A program made the translations under genes and the position numbers. Shown here in pieces: positions 1 to 10,800 of a DNA stretch of 46,038 nt. The first letter of the stretch is position 1. Each line of letters starts with the position of its first letter. Source of the stretch: a virus; the IMG/VR virus record IMGVR_UViG_3300025890_000004, positions 1-46,038 of that record, one strand, 5' to 3'. Below the pieces are notes generated by a model. It was not told where the DNA came from and searched no databases. It worked only from the letters and a program-made list of their open reading frames with translations.

Positions 1-456
1 CGTATCTTTGAACACAAGACTGCTCACTATGAGCGCATGTTCATTGAAGTACAGCTGAATGATATGTTGGCTATGGCTGCACGTCTGCTTGATACTGAAG
101 ACATGATTGAGGTTGTCGATGAAGACAGCGGAGCACAGGTCTTCCAACGTATCACTAAAGAGGACATTATCGGCAAGGGTTCAATTGAGCCTATGGGTGC
201 ACGTCACTTCGCTGAGAGAGCTCGTAGGGTCCAGCAGCTGCAACAGTTGTGGCAGATCAAGGCTGGTGACCCAACAGTGTCTATTCACTTGTCAGGTAAA
301 GAGTTTGCCCGTCTAATGGCACATGAACTTGGAGAGGAAGATTTGTTCCAAGAGAATGTTGCTATCTCTGAACAGGCAGATGCACAGAAGTTCCAACAAG
401 AACTTGCTCTGGTTCAGGAAGAACAGCAAGCAATGGCAGTGGAGGAAGGCGTCTGA
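1..456 (+). CDS. portal (head-tail connector) protein, C-terminal segment; same gene as 44656..46038, split only by the window junction
   Basis: The frame is open from base 1 to TGA 454-456. Bases 1-99 duplicate 45940-46038 in the same frame as the stop-free ORF starting at ATG 44656. Synteny is terminase-portal-scaffold-capsid. Confidence 0.8.
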   Translation, partial: RIFEHKTAHYERMFIEVQLNDMLAMAARLLDTEDMIEVVDEDSGAQVFQRITKEDIIGKGSIEPMGARHFAERARRVQQLQQLWQIKAGDPTVSIHLSGKEFARLMAHELGEEDLFQENVAISEQADAQKFQQELALVQEEQQAMAVEEGV

Positions 457-704
457 TGAAGATGTACTGGCTCAAAGGCCACACCAAAACACAAGAACAA
501 AAGGAGAAGCGTAAGGCTCAGGTTTTGACCTACCGTAACGCTTTTGACGACCTCAGGGAAGTCATCCTAGACCAATTCGCCAAGCAGGAGGCTGTACGTG
601 AGTATGGTCCCGGCTGGGAATACAAGCAGATCGCTGCCAATGAGTACAACCGTGCTCTCAGCGACATCCTAGAAACTATAGACCTTAACCAAAAGGACAA
701 GTAA
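456..704 (+). CDS. hypothetical protein (82 aa, Lys/Glu-rich)
   Basis: The ATG overlaps the portal stop (TGATG) and the stop overlaps the next start (TAATG), so it is translationally coupled inside the head module. Confidence 0.6.
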   Translation: MKMYWLKGHTKTQEQKEKRKAQVLTYRNAFDDLREVILDQFAKQEAVREYGPGWEYKQIAANEYNRALSDILETIDLNQKDK

Positions 705-1483
705 TGTCAGTATTTGACGAACAAGCGGCAACCCCCGCAAACGAAGAGACTACAAACAACCCAGAGGCCGGTGCGACCACAGAAACCACGTCGTACATTG
801 AGCAGCTGGTAAAAGACCGTGGAGAGACTTGGAATGACCCAGAGGTTATTGCCAAGGGGAAGATTGAAGCCGATACCCATATTGCGTCCCTAGAGACACA
901 GTTGGCAGAGCTTCGTCAGGACCTAGCTAAGCAAGACTATGCTGCTAAGCTACTTGAAACTCTTGAGACCAAGGACCCTGTACCCGCGCAGGAAACACCT
1001 CAAGCAGCGTCACCCGATAATAGCGGCACTAATTCCGACGATACCAGTCAGGCCATTAGTGAGGACGACCTGAAAGCCCTTGTTGAAGACGCACTAACTA
1101 AGCGAGAGAAAGATGCTACCGTTAGTCAGAACATTGCATCAGTTGACAAGTCGTTGGCTGATAAATATGGAGCTGAAGCTAATAACATCGTGAAGCAAAA
1201 AGCCGCAGAACTTGGATTGCCGTTGACCCGAATGCAGGAGTTAGCCGCCGAAAGTCCTACCGCCTTCATGGCCCTTATTGGTGAAGCGCAGACTACCAAG
1301 GTTGATATGACCGCTGGAAGCATTCGTACCGAAGCAGCTGGTGCACAAACCACAGGTCAGAGGGACTGGAAATATTACCAAGACCTCCGACGCAAAGACC
1401 GTTCCTTATACTACAACCCCAAGACACAACAACAGATGGCTGAAGACCGTCAAAGACTTGGGTCAAGGTTCGGTATGTCATAA
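704..1483 (+). CDS. scaffolding protein (putative)
   Basis: 259 aa, acidic, Ala/Glu/Gln/Thr-rich and coiled-coil-like. It lies between the portal and major capsid genes, like T7 gp9. Confidence 0.6.
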   Translation: MSVFDEQAATPANEETTNNPEAGATTETTSYIEQLVKDRGETWNDPEVIAKGKIEADTHIASLETQLAELRQDLAKQDYAAKLLETLETKDPVPAQETPQAASPDNSGTNSDDTSQAISEDDLKALVEDALTKREKDATVSQNIASVDKSLADKYGAEANNIVKQKAAELGLPLTRMQELAAESPTAFMALIGEAQTTKVDMTAGSIRTEAAGAQTTGQRDWKYYQDLRRKDRSLYYNPKTQQQMAEDRQRLGSRFGMS

Positions 1484-1505
1484 CCTTTAACATGGAGTTA
1501 AAACA

Positions 1506-2471
1506 ATGTCTGGTATGAACACTACCAATAGTGCTCTCTTGATTCGCGACGAAATCTGGAGTGCCGAACTTAAAGAAATCCTGCGCGACGAAATGTTTGC
1601 ACAGAAATATGTACGTATGCTTGACGGCTTCCCTGATGGCGATACGTTCACCATTCCTTCGATTGGTCAGGCGCAAGTCGATGACTATGCCGAAGATACT
1701 GCTGTCCAGTACCGTCCTCTTGACACTGGTGAGTTCCAGTTCACGATCGATGAGTACCTGTCCAGCGCAACCTACATCACGAAGAAAGCTAAGCAGGACG
1801 CATTCTACATGAACCAGCTGGTCTCCCGTTTTGTCCCTGAGATGGAACGTGCGATCATGGCTCACTTCGAGACCACTACTCTGGCTACCCCTGAAGTTGG
1901 CGTATCTGCTAACTCCAATGAAGCAATCGACGGTATTGAACACCGTTGGGCTGCTGGTGGTACTGGCGCTGTTATCGAAGTAGACGACTTCGCCCGTGCA
2001 CGTTATGCTTTGAAGAAAGCTAATGTTCCAGATCGTAACTTGGTTGCTATCGTTGACCCATCTGTTGAGTTCACTCTGAACACCTTGACCAACTTGGTTA
2101 ATGTTTCTGACAACCCACGTTGGGAAGGCATCGTATCTGACGGTATTGCTTCTGGCATGACCTTCTTGAAGAACGTGTATGGGTTCGACGTATATTGCTC
2201 GAACTACCTGAAAGACATCACTGACTCTGCTCTGCCTACCGCTGCTGACGCAAACGTAGACTTCAGCTCTGTCAATGGTAAGGCCAACTTGTTCTTCTCT
2301 GCTGACATGACTGCTAACCCATTCGTGGGCGCATGGCGTCAGGAGCCTGATGTCGATTATGACTACAACAAGGACTTCCAGCGGGACGAATATGTCATGA
2401 CTGCACGTTACGGCGTGAAGTTGTACCGTCCTGAAAACATGGTTCGCGTTGTTTCTAAAACTAACGTATAA
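1506..2471 (+). CDS. major capsid protein
   Basis: 321 aa ORF with GGAG upstream (catGGAGttaaaacaATG). It follows the scaffold gene directly. Its size and position match a podovirus HK97-fold coat protein. Confidence 0.75.
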   Translation: MSGMNTTNSALLIRDEIWSAELKEILRDEMFAQKYVRMLDGFPDGDTFTIPSIGQAQVDDYAEDTAVQYRPLDTGEFQFTIDEYLSSATYITKKAKQDAFYMNQLVSRFVPEMERAIMAHFETTTLATPEVGVSANSNEAIDGIEHRWAAGGTGAVIEVDDFARARYALKKANVPDRNLVAIVDPSVEFTLNTLTNLVNVSDNPRWEGIVSDGIASGMTFLKNVYGFDVYCSNYLKDITDSALPTAADANVDFSSVNGKANLFFSADMTANPFVGAWRQEPDVDYDYNKDFQRDEYVMTARYGVKLYRPENMVRVVSKTNV

Positions 2472-2493
2472 TTTGACATAGAAGGAGAATATT

Positions 2494-2976
2494 ATGTCTT
2501 GGACTAACGCTGACGGCTTGACCGTCCTTATGCACGAAGAACAGGGTGAAGTACAGACCAACGGCTCAACTGCTGTTGGTGTCCGTAAGGCTCTGGTTGT
2601 AGACTTGGAAGACGCTACCACTCTTGGTGCATCTTACAGCACTGCTGCTGGACCTACTGACGCTTTCATCCCTGCTGATGCTCTGATTGTTTCAGCGCAC
2701 TTCATCGTGGACACTGCTTTCACCTCTGGTGGAGCGGCTACTTTGGGTATCGGTCTGTATAACTCAGCCGGTACTGCTATTGATGCAGACGGCATCGATG
2801 CTGCAATCGCCCTCGCAGCCCTTGCAGATGACTTTGCAGTCGTTTGTGATGGTGCTCTTGCTGACGGTACGCAGAACGTAGGAGCAGCTAACGCATATGT
2901 TGGTTTCAACTACGGTACTGCTGTTCATACCGCCGGCTCTGGTAAGTTGGTGATTGAATACATCGACTGGAGCTAA
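2494..2976 (+). CDS. hypothetical virion-associated protein (possible minor capsid/decoration protein)
   Basis: Strong RBS (GAAGGAGAATATTATG). 160 aa, Ala/Gly/Thr-rich. It lies between the capsid gene and a strong hairpin. Confidence 0.55.
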   Translation: MSWTNADGLTVLMHEEQGEVQTNGSTAVGVRKALVVDLEDATTLGASYSTAAGPTDAFIPADALIVSAHFIVDTAFTSGGAATLGIGLYNSAGTAIDADGIDAAIALAALADDFAVVCDGALADGTQNVGAANAYVGFNYGTAVHTAGSGKLVIEYIDWS

Positions 2977-2986
2977 TAAGCACACT

Positions 2987-3020
2987 GGGGCCACTGGAAT
3001 ACTGGTGGCCCCCTTTAATT
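2987..3020 (+). terminator. hairpin terminator/attenuator after the capsid genes
   Basis: GGGGCCAC(UGG)-AAUA-(CUG)GUGGCCCC forms 8 GC-rich pairs, extendable to 11 with G-U pairs. It is followed by CTTTAATT and sits 11 nt after the stop at 2976. Confidence 0.55.
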
Positions 3021-3039
3021 ACAACTCTTGGAGATTTCA

Positions 3040-3645
3040 ATGGCTAATATCAACCACTCAACCCTCACAGACCCGTATCTTCATGAGCCTAAGGGTGCAG
3101 CAGCAGCTGGTGTTGGTAAGGTTTACATAGCAGATGGTGCCGGTTCTGGTACATGGAGTTATGTCCCCGGCGGTTGGGGCTACTACTCAGACAACGCTTC
3201 AGAACAAACCTTTAACACTACTCCCGCAAAAGTTTCAATTGACGGCCTAGGCTCCACATCAGAAGAGTCATATCTGCCCCGTGAGATACGTGGTACAGGT
3301 AGCCTTTGGGATACAACTAACGATAAGGTCACACCAATCAACATTGGCGACTCATATGATCTTCGTCTGGACTTACCAATTACAACCAAGACAGGTTCAC
3401 CAACAGAGCTGACCTTGGAACTTGACATTGCTGGCAGCACTCATGCGGCTGGTACAATGATTGTCACAAAGTTTCTCGACACTGCTAAGACAGCACCGTG
3501 GACTTACACAATTGCATTCCCTATATTCTGCTTGTCAACCTTCGTAACCAATGGCGGTCAAATTTGGTTGACTACAGACACTGGTAGCGTAGGTATTACT
3601 GCTCCTGCTATTTATCTTGGGATGAACACGAACGGAGACCTCTGA
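3040..3645 (+). CDS. hypothetical structural protein (201 aa)
   Basis: ATG 3040 is preceded by GGAG (ttGGAGatttcaATG). The ORF-track start at 3028 is a TTG. The stop overlaps the next ATG (TGATG). Confidence 0.6.
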   Translation: MANINHSTLTDPYLHEPKGAAAAGVGKVYIADGAGSGTWSYVPGGWGYYSDNASEQTFNTTPAKVSIDGLGSTSEESYLPREIRGTGSLWDTTNDKVTPINIGDSYDLRLDLPITTKTGSPTELTLELDIAGSTHAAGTMIVTKFLDTAKTAPWTYTIAFPIFCLSTFVTNGGQIWLTTDTGSVGITAPAIYLGMNTNGDL

Positions 3646-4394
3646 TGACCGCAATGACAAAGACGTTGCTTGAGATTGTGCAGAACATCTTGTCATCTAT
3701 GGACAGCGAAGATGTCAACTCAATTTCTGACAGTGTAGAAGCTGAACAGGTCGCACAAGTGGTCGAAGACACCTTCTACAACATTATAGCAACCCGTAAT
3801 ATTCCAGAGCACGAAAGCCTTTTGAAGCTGACTGCTCTATCTGACACTGACTTTCCTACTCACTTCTCATACCCTGCCAACGTGAAGGCAGTCAAGAAAC
3901 TCTGGTATGACGTAAGCGACGACGCCTCTTTTGAGTACCGAGAGATACGCTGGTGCGAACCTGAGGACTTCTTGGACATGGTTGACACCAGAGCACTTGG
4001 CACAACAGTCACCAGTGTGGCAGACAAGTCTGGTGGCACTAACCTGCGCATCTGGAACGATCGTCACCCTACTACATATACATCCTTTGACGATGACTAC
4101 GTTGTCCTAGACTCACACAAGAGTACAGTGGACACCACACTGCAAGCAAGCAAGATCAGGGGCTTTGGTACAACCTACCCAATCTTCTCACTTACAGACG
4201 CACACGTACCAGACTTGGATGCAACGATGTTCCCATATCTGATCAACGAAAGTAAGTCTGTCTGCTTCTCTATCTTCAAAGGTGGTGCTGACCCTAAGAT
4301 TGAACAGGCAACTAAGCGTCAGAAGAACTACGTGCAGAATGATCAACACAAACAACTGAAGGCTACTAAGAGGAACCGATATGGACGAAGGTAA
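3645..4394 (+). CDS. tail tubular protein A / adaptor (T7 gp11-like), putative
   Basis: The N-terminal pattern LLEIVQNILSSMDSEDVNSISDSVEAEQVA resembles the T7 gp11 N-terminus ([20 protein letters not shown]..). It directly precedes a gp12-sized ORF. Confidence 0.5.
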   Translation: MTAMTKTLLEIVQNILSSMDSEDVNSISDSVEAEQVAQVVEDTFYNIIATRNIPEHESLLKLTALSDTDFPTHFSYPANVKAVKKLWYDVSDDASFEYREIRWCEPEDFLDMVDTRALGTTVTSVADKSGGTNLRIWNDRHPTTYTSFDDDYVVLDSHKSTVDTTLQASKIRGFGTTYPIFSLTDAHVPDLDATMFPYLINESKSVCFSIFKGGADPKIEQATKRQKNYVQNDQHKQLKATKRNRYGRR

Positions 4395-4728
4395 GTTTGA
4401 ACTAAGCGAAGATGGCCGTAGTGCCACATTTGAATGGCAAGAGAAGACCAATGGTAAGTTCACGATTAAGAAGGACGGCACAGGGTTTATCTTCTATGAG
4501 ATTATGATCGACGCTGGTAAGCTACCTGAGAGACTTAAGGGACGCTTCTCTAACATTGACAGTGCAGTCCGAAAGCTGCGTGAACACCTACGACAATCAA
4601 AGCCGACCCCAGCTGCACGGCGTGATGCTGTAGGCAGAGAAGTTCAAGCGAGAATGAAGGCAAAAGCAGATGGCGCAAAAGCAAGCACAAAAAGTAGTAA
4701 ACAGGTTCGTCAAGGGGCTGATAACTGA
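4381..4728 (+). CDS. hypothetical protein (115 aa, basic C-terminus)
   Basis: ORF with short overlaps to both neighbours (14 nt and 59 nt). No recognisable motif. Confidence 0.45.
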   Translation: MDEGKFELSEDGRSATFEWQEKTNGKFTIKKDGTGFIFYEIMIDAGKLPERLKGRFSNIDSAVRKLREHLRQSKPTPAARRDAVGREVQARMKAKADGAKASTKSSKQVRQGADN

Positions 4729-6877
4729 AGCAGGTGAGCTTACGTTTCCTGAGGATGCCTCAGTTGACGAACTCAACTGTGACCTTCGGCGTGATGGCTC
4801 CAGACGTAGACGCAGGGGTGTAGCTGCAGAGACTAACGCTGTCCTGTCAACCTTCACTATTGCTGACGGTGACATCGTTTCCACAGGTACGTGGGAGAAC
4901 GTAGGTGGCTCATCACAGCTTGAGTATCTTGTGATACAGGTGGGCGATACGCTCTACTTCTACAACAAGGCTACCACGCCTACATCAGGTAACTACGTAA
5001 CTGAAGGCACGATCGACCTGTCCACCTATGAAATCGTTGGTGGTGTGGGTGCTGCTAACGCTGCCTGTCAGTTCACATCAATCTCAGGTCAGTTGGTTGT
5101 TGCATCTCCTGCAATCGACACAATTACGGTTGCCCGTGAGTATGACTCTGGTACTCTAACTTACTCCAACACTGCGTCACAGATTGACTTCAAGGTGCGG
5201 GACTTCAAGTGGTTTACTGATAAAGAAGAGTTGACTACAGAAAGTGCTAGCGATACCGTCACCAACGGTCGCAGGTACGATACGTACAACGCCGGTTGGT
5301 TCGAAGGTACAGACCCCGGTTACCGTGATGGTGCTGCTGCGTTAAGTAAATACAGAGGTAATGAGACCGGGTGGCCGCCACTGACACACCCTTGGTTCTC
5401 AGGTAAGAACTCCGTTAACGAATATGACCACAGTGAGTTCAGGGAAGTCTGGGCTGGCCGTAGTTTGACAGCAAACGGACTGTTCATTCTGGACTTCTTC
5501 AATAAAGATAGAGGTTCTGCTGCGGACATGAGTTCGTCTCTTAATGAGACAGAAAGCTCACGTTTTGCTACAGTGGCTGCTTTTGGTGGTCGGGTGTTCT
5601 ATGCTGGTCTGGACAGTCAAACAAACTCCGGTACAGTGTTGTTCTCACCTTTAATCAAAGATGCCAATGACCTTGGTGACTGTTATCAGGTGAATGACCC
5701 TACCTCAGAACTTATCTCAGACCTTCTGGATACAGATGGCGGAGAACTGAAGATCACAGGTGCCTATGGTATCCGTAAGTTGTACGCCATTGGGCAGTCG
5801 CTCATGGTGTTCGCTGATAACGGTACATGGACAATCTCTGGTGTTGATGGCGTCTTTAAGGCGACAGAGTTCTCAATCAACAAAGTGTCTGACGTGGGTA
5901 TCCTTAATGCCAACACATTCGTAGAGGCTGCTGGTACACCCTTCTGGTGGTCAAGAGAGGGCATCCACACTGTGCAGTTCGACAAGGTGAATGGTTCTCC
6001 AAGTGAGGCCAACATATCACTGGCGACTATTCAGACATACTACGATGCTATTACTAACGCCCAGAAGGCCACAATCAAGTCAGGCTTTGACAGGGTGAAC
6101 AGACGTATCTATTGGGGCTATGCAGACTCAGGTGAGACTGTAGGCAACAAGATCAACAACATACTTATCTTGGACCTTGAGCTACGGGCGTTTATCCCTT
6201 GGCGTATTGAGGACCAAGCAAGCAGCACAAACTACGTCCTAGGCTTCATCTACCTGTCAGGCTTCGGTTCAGCCTTGTCCACACTGGACGTTGTTGACCA
6301 GTTAGGCAACGATGTTGTCACAAGTGCAGGGGATGACGTGGTAAGCCAACAGCTGGCAACAGTTGACGCCGGCTCACCATCGATCGCCTTGCTCATACGT
6401 GACGGTGCTACAAACAAGTTCACCATTGGTGGCTTCTCAGGTACAGACTTCCTTGACTGGGGTGAGACAGACTATAGCTCATACGCAGTTGCAGGTTATG
6501 ACTTCATGGGCGACCTTCAGTTGAAGAAAAGTGCTCCATACATAACCACGTACCTACGTCGCACAGAGACAGGCTGGGAGTCAGATGGTGGAGGTGGCTA
6601 TGATGCAATCAACCCCTCCAGCTGTAAGATAACTGCCTACTGGGACTTCAAGTCAGCTGGTTCAAGTACTGCACAGCAGGTGTACAGGCTCAAGCCTACC
6701 CCTGTAGTGGACGCAGGCGACCTTACTGACTTTGACTACCCAGAGAGTGTTGTCACCTCTAGGATTAAGGTCAGAGGACGTGGACGTTCAATACGTCTGA
6801 AGTATGAGAGTGAACAAGGTAAAGACTTCATCCTTCTGGGCTGGAGTATGATCGGAGGAATAAATGCAAGGTACTAA
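4670..6877 (+). CDS. tail tubular protein B / nozzle (T7 gp12-like), putative
   Basis: 735 aa, beta-rich (Gly/Thr/Ser/Asp). Its size and position after the gp11-like gene fit the nozzle protein. The N-terminus is NRFVKGLITEAGELTFPEDASVDELN. Confidence 0.5.
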   Translation: MAQKQAQKVVNRFVKGLITEAGELTFPEDASVDELNCDLRRDGSRRRRRGVAAETNAVLSTFTIADGDIVSTGTWENVGGSSQLEYLVIQVGDTLYFYNKATTPTSGNYVTEGTIDLSTYEIVGGVGAANAACQFTSISGQLVVASPAIDTITVAREYDSGTLTYSNTASQIDFKVRDFKWFTDKEELTTESASDTVTNGRRYDTYNAGWFEGTDPGYRDGAAALSKYRGNETGWPPLTHPWFSGKNSVNEYDHSEFREVWAGRSLTANGLFILDFFNKDRGSAADMSSSLNETESSRFATVAAFGGRVFYAGLDSQTNSGTVLFSPLIKDANDLGDCYQVNDPTSELISDLLDTDGGELKITGAYGIRKLYAIGQSLMVFADNGTWTISGVDGVFKATEFSINKVSDVGILNANTFVEAAGTPFWWSREGIHTVQFDKVNGSPSEANISLATIQTYYDAITNAQKATIKSGFDRVNRRIYWGYADSGETVGNKINNILILDLELRAFIPWRIEDQASSTNYVLGFIYLSGFGSALSTLDVVDQLGNDVVTSAGDDVVSQQLATVDAGSPSIALLIRDGATNKFTIGGFSGTDFLDWGETDYSSYAVAGYDFMGDLQLKKSAPYITTYLRRTETGWESDGGGGYDAINPSSCKITAYWDFKSAGSSTAQQVYRLKPTPVVDAGDLTDFDYPESVVTSRIKVRGRGRSIRLKYESEQGKDFILLGWSMIGGINARY

Positions 6878-7322
6878 GTTAGTCGCGGCAACCCCCGACG
6901 ACTTGCTTGAGGTAGCAATCATGTCGAAGATGTTCCACAGTGAAGCTAAGAAGAGCGGATACAAGTTGGGCTTCGACCTTGAGAAGTTTAATCAAGTGTA
7001 CTTGGAGGCAGTCAATTCCCCTGAGTACTTCTACCTATTAGCTAAGAACGGAGACGAGTATGTAGGGTTCTTCATTGGTATCCTACATCAGCCTCTCTTC
7101 TCAAATGACGTACTCGCATCAGAGATGTTCTGGTGGTGTAACAAAGAAGCCAGAGGCTCAGGGGTGGCAGTCGCCATGCTTGATGCCTTTGAGGCTTGGG
7201 CTAAGGTCTCAGGCGCAACACAAGTAAACGTATCTGATCTTCAGAACGTAAAGAGCCTACAGCTGCTATATAAGCGCCGTGGGTACGATTTATCTGAACA
7301 GACATACAATAAGGATATATGA
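6864..7322 (+). CDS. GNAT-family N-acetyltransferase
   Basis: Acetyl-CoA motif A-like RGSGVAVAMLDAFEAWAK (R-x-x-G-x-G/A), preceded by a YVGFFIG beta strand and followed by YKRRGY. 152 aa. Confidence 0.6.
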   Translation: MQGTKLVAATPDDLLEVAIMSKMFHSEAKKSGYKLGFDLEKFNQVYLEAVNSPEYFYLLAKNGDEYVGFFIGILHQPLFSNDVLASEMFWWCNKEARGSGVAVAMLDAFEAWAKVSGATQVNVSDLQNVKSLQLLYKRRGYDLSEQTYNKDI

Positions 7323-7783
7323 TCATGGCTATTGGTACAATCGCAGCAATTGCTACGGTAGTTGGGACCATTGGTTCTATGTACTACCAAGGTAAACAGA
7401 TGGACGCTCAGAAGAAGGCTATGAAGCTACAGCAGCGGGCTAATGATAATGTAGCTCGTCGTCAGCGCCGTCAGGCCATGCGTCAGGCTGCAATCAAACG
7501 TGCACAGGTCGAGATGCAAGGTCAGGCCCAAGGGGCTGGTCAATCTTCAGCAGTTGCTGGAGCAGTCAGTGGTATTGCAAGCCAAGCAGGTGAGATGATG
7601 GGCTTCAGTACAGGTCAACAGGCTATTGGTGCTAAGATTACAGGTGCACGTATCGACGGCTTGAATGCTGGAGGAATGTCTTCGCTCATGGGAGGCATAG
7701 CTGGTTTCGCAAGTAACTTCGCAAGCTGGGGAGGCCAGAAGAAGGACACAAGACAGGCTGCTAGTTTCCCAGTTGGGTTTTAA
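7319..7783 (+). CDS. internal virion protein (small, membrane-active), putative
   Basis: Hydrophobic N-terminus (IMAIGTIAAIATVVGTIGS), a Gln/Arg/Ala coiled segment and a Gly-rich hydrophobic C-terminus. It lies between the nozzle/GNAT genes and the giant internal proteins. Confidence 0.4.
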   Translation: MIMAIGTIAAIATVVGTIGSMYYQGKQMDAQKKAMKLQQRANDNVARRQRRQAMRQAAIKRAQVEMQGQAQGAGQSSAVAGAVSGIASQAGEMMGFSTGQQAIGAKITGARIDGLNAGGMSSLMGGIAGFASNFASWGGQKKDTRQAASFPVGF

Positions 7784-7819
7784 GGAAGGCCGGGGCGTCA
7801 TTTTAGGTAAGGAAATATC

Positions 7820-10800
7820 ATGGAACCAGAACTCACAGCAGAAGAATACGAAGAAGCAAATGCTCCCGCTATTGGTGAAGAGGATAATGAGAATGCTAAG
7901 GCAGACAGCTACACTGAGTTTGACCCTGCTGTAGGGGCTCTGTACCCAGATATTGAAGACCCAGCTGAAGCTAAGGCTGCCCTTAAGGGTAAGGTTGGTG
8001 GTCGTGTGCAAGAGGAGTTTGACCGTCGATATGATGAAGGCAACCCCCAGACTGCAGAAGAACTTCTGGCTAGTCAGCAAGCGTCCAACCAGATGGCTGA
8101 AGATGTGGACGGTGCAGAGAATATTGACTTCCAGACTGCCCTTGATGCAGAGGACCCTAAGGTTAACCCTAGCAGGTTCCGGTACAACCTGAACAACAGG
8201 ATTGCTCAAGACATTCTTGATACATACAAGGATGAAGAGCAGGGCTGGGGTGGTTGGTTGGCTGACCTAGGTGGCGTCATAGTCTATGACTCTACTGTTG
8301 GCATCAAAGGTAACCTCACAGGTGACGATGAGAAGCAGGGGATGCTAATCCAGTCTAAGATGATCACCATGTCAACAGAGAACTTCAAGACGTGGTTCAA
8401 AGGGTATGCTGATGAAATGGCCAGAGGTCCTAGCGGAGGTATCAACCAGATGTTCCTTAGTGACCTTCAGGGCTTCCTGAACAGCGGCGGTTACGTAGCC
8501 ATTGCTGATGACAACGTATCAAAGTTCTGGGGTGCTGTCGATCTCCTAGGTATTGGGCAGACTGTTACCAAGGCCGGTAAGGTTGTTGTCCAAGGCACCA
8601 AGGCTTCCAGACGTGCAAAGAAGCTACTCAAAAATATTGAGGACAGCCCTACGCCTACACCAGACTCCACTAAGCTGGCAATGTCCAAAGGTTCTGAGAC
8701 GGCAGAGGAAATCCTTGAGGCAAGTGACGACCTCAGTCCAACTAACTTCCAGATGATCTTGGAAGGCAGCTTCGAAGAAGGCAACAACCTGACAGCACGT
8801 CCAGTGGTTAGCATGGGCTCTTCTGAGAGAATAGTAACAGAGAAGACCTTGTTGGACAGGATTACCCGCATCGTTGACTCTGGTGCTGCTGGTCGTGTAG
8901 TTGACGACGCTGCGATCATAAAAGAGGCCGAAAGAGTTGGGAAGGCTGGTGTAAAACAGTTAGTCAAAAATAAGGTCTCAGAGAAGTCTTTTGCTCTGTT
9001 CAAAACTGGTGTACAACGTGTAGGTCCACGTGAGCACTATGTCATGAACCTTTTTGGGCAGTCCAACGGTGCACCGTTCAAAACAGAGAAAGAGGCTGCT
9101 AAAGTCTTTTCAAACGTACTGAAGTCCAACCAGTCTAACGTCAAGGTAATTCCTTTGGACAAGACAGATGCCTCCAAGGGATTTGTTCTTTCTAAGACGG
9201 ACAACCTAAACTTGACAGGTTTGGCTCCTGATCTTGAACGCGCTGCAATTGTTGAAGTTACCCACGGGTTCTGGAACAACCTGTTTCACAAGACAGGTAT
9301 TGCTAACTCAACAGCCCGTGATGTTGGCGGTTGGGCTACAGAGAACCAGTTGGGCGAGGCTTCCATCAATGCCATGAGCGTGCAGAAGAAAGTCTTTGAT
9401 GACGTAATAGGCAAGCTGACTGGTGATGAATTTAAGACCTTCAACACTTACAAGGTAATCGAGCGTGACAGCATTCTACGGGACTGGAAGTCAGCCAATG
9501 ATTTCATAACTGACTACACCAATAAGATGGGTAACCCTCCTACACAAGCACAGGTGGATGCCCATAAGGCAATGACCCAGATGGAGATGACCCAGTGGTA
9601 TCTGCGCTCTACGTCTATGATGCGTGACTTGGTTGCTCATGGATACCAAGGTATCGGTATGAACATGGGTAAGGAAGCTGGCCAATGGCGTACAGCTGGT
9701 AAGAAGGTCAGCGTAACACAGCTACCAGATGACACTCAGATATGGTACAAGAACCAAGAGTACCTGCTCAAAGACATCCCTGATGCTGACAAAGCTAAGA
9801 TGACAGTCTTCAAAACAAAGGACGGCTTCAAGCCACCAAATGATGCAGAAGGACTTTTCTTCCATGTTGCTAACCCAGATGATATTGGGCTGCTCACACC
9901 TAGTGACGCAATGGGCGTTGCTATCTCTGGTCGTGTTGACTATACACACGCTACACATTTTATCGTAGTCGATGGTGTACGTAAGAAGTCTCTGCTGTCT
10001 GCCTCATCAGGTAAGTCAGCTGAAGCGGCTGCCAAACAGTTGGAAGAAGTGCGTAGAGTTGCAGCGTCTGATATGCCTAAGGGTGAGAAGGACGCCTTCA
10101 TTCGTGCGAATAACGATTGGAACACTACCATTAATTCTCTGGATGACTTTGAAAAGTTCTCAGGGAAATACAACTGGAACTTCAAGAAGCACGGGGTTAT
10201 TGGCTCTAAGAAGCGTGATCAGGCTGTTATCGACAGCATAAGTGATGACCCTGTTGAAAACCTCACAGCTGGTCAGATGGCTTCCACAAGTCAGATACGC
10301 GGACAAGAGAGGCTCATGCACGTAGGTGGTCACAAGTCTGAACACCTTGCACCTAGTAACAGTGTATCCATAGGTCTGGACAATGAGATCATGCGTCTGG
10401 CCTTTGAGGCTGGTACAACTAGGTCGATCGAAGGGTGGGTTAAGACTGCCATTCGTGAAGGCTATGGTGAAGCATGGGGCCTAGGCACAGCTGGCGATAA
10501 TATCGTTGACTACAGACGGGCTTTCATGAACGCTAAGGTACGTCCTGAGGACATGGGGCACACAGGTGAAGCTGGTGCATTTGCTTCCCAGATGGAGCAC
10601 ATGCGTAGTGTCATCCATCGTCGCATAGGTACTAAAGGCCCACTGCAGTCTATGTTGGAGATCAATGCCAAACGTCTTCAAGAGACAGTCTTTGACACAA
10701 TGGGTAAACAGGTTAACCTGAGTGACCCTACTAACGTGCTGTTGAAGGTAGGCTTCCAGAGTGCCTTTGGTTTCTTTAACATCTTTCAGGCTCCACTACA

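Noticed and set aside
1293-2621. 442-aa ORF on the minus strand opposite the capsid gene.
   Set aside because: It is antisense to a tightly coupled, RBS-supported + strand operon. It has no RBS. Its composition is Ser/Val/Arg/Cys-rich, typical of a shadow frame.
7547-8209. 220-aa minus-strand ORF. The other long minus-strand ORFs inside 7820..14847 are the same case (8491..9003, 10786..11472, 14050..14397).
   Set aside because: These are shadow ORFs antisense to the giant internal-protein genes. They have no start context and low-complexity, Cys/Ser/Leu-rich translations.
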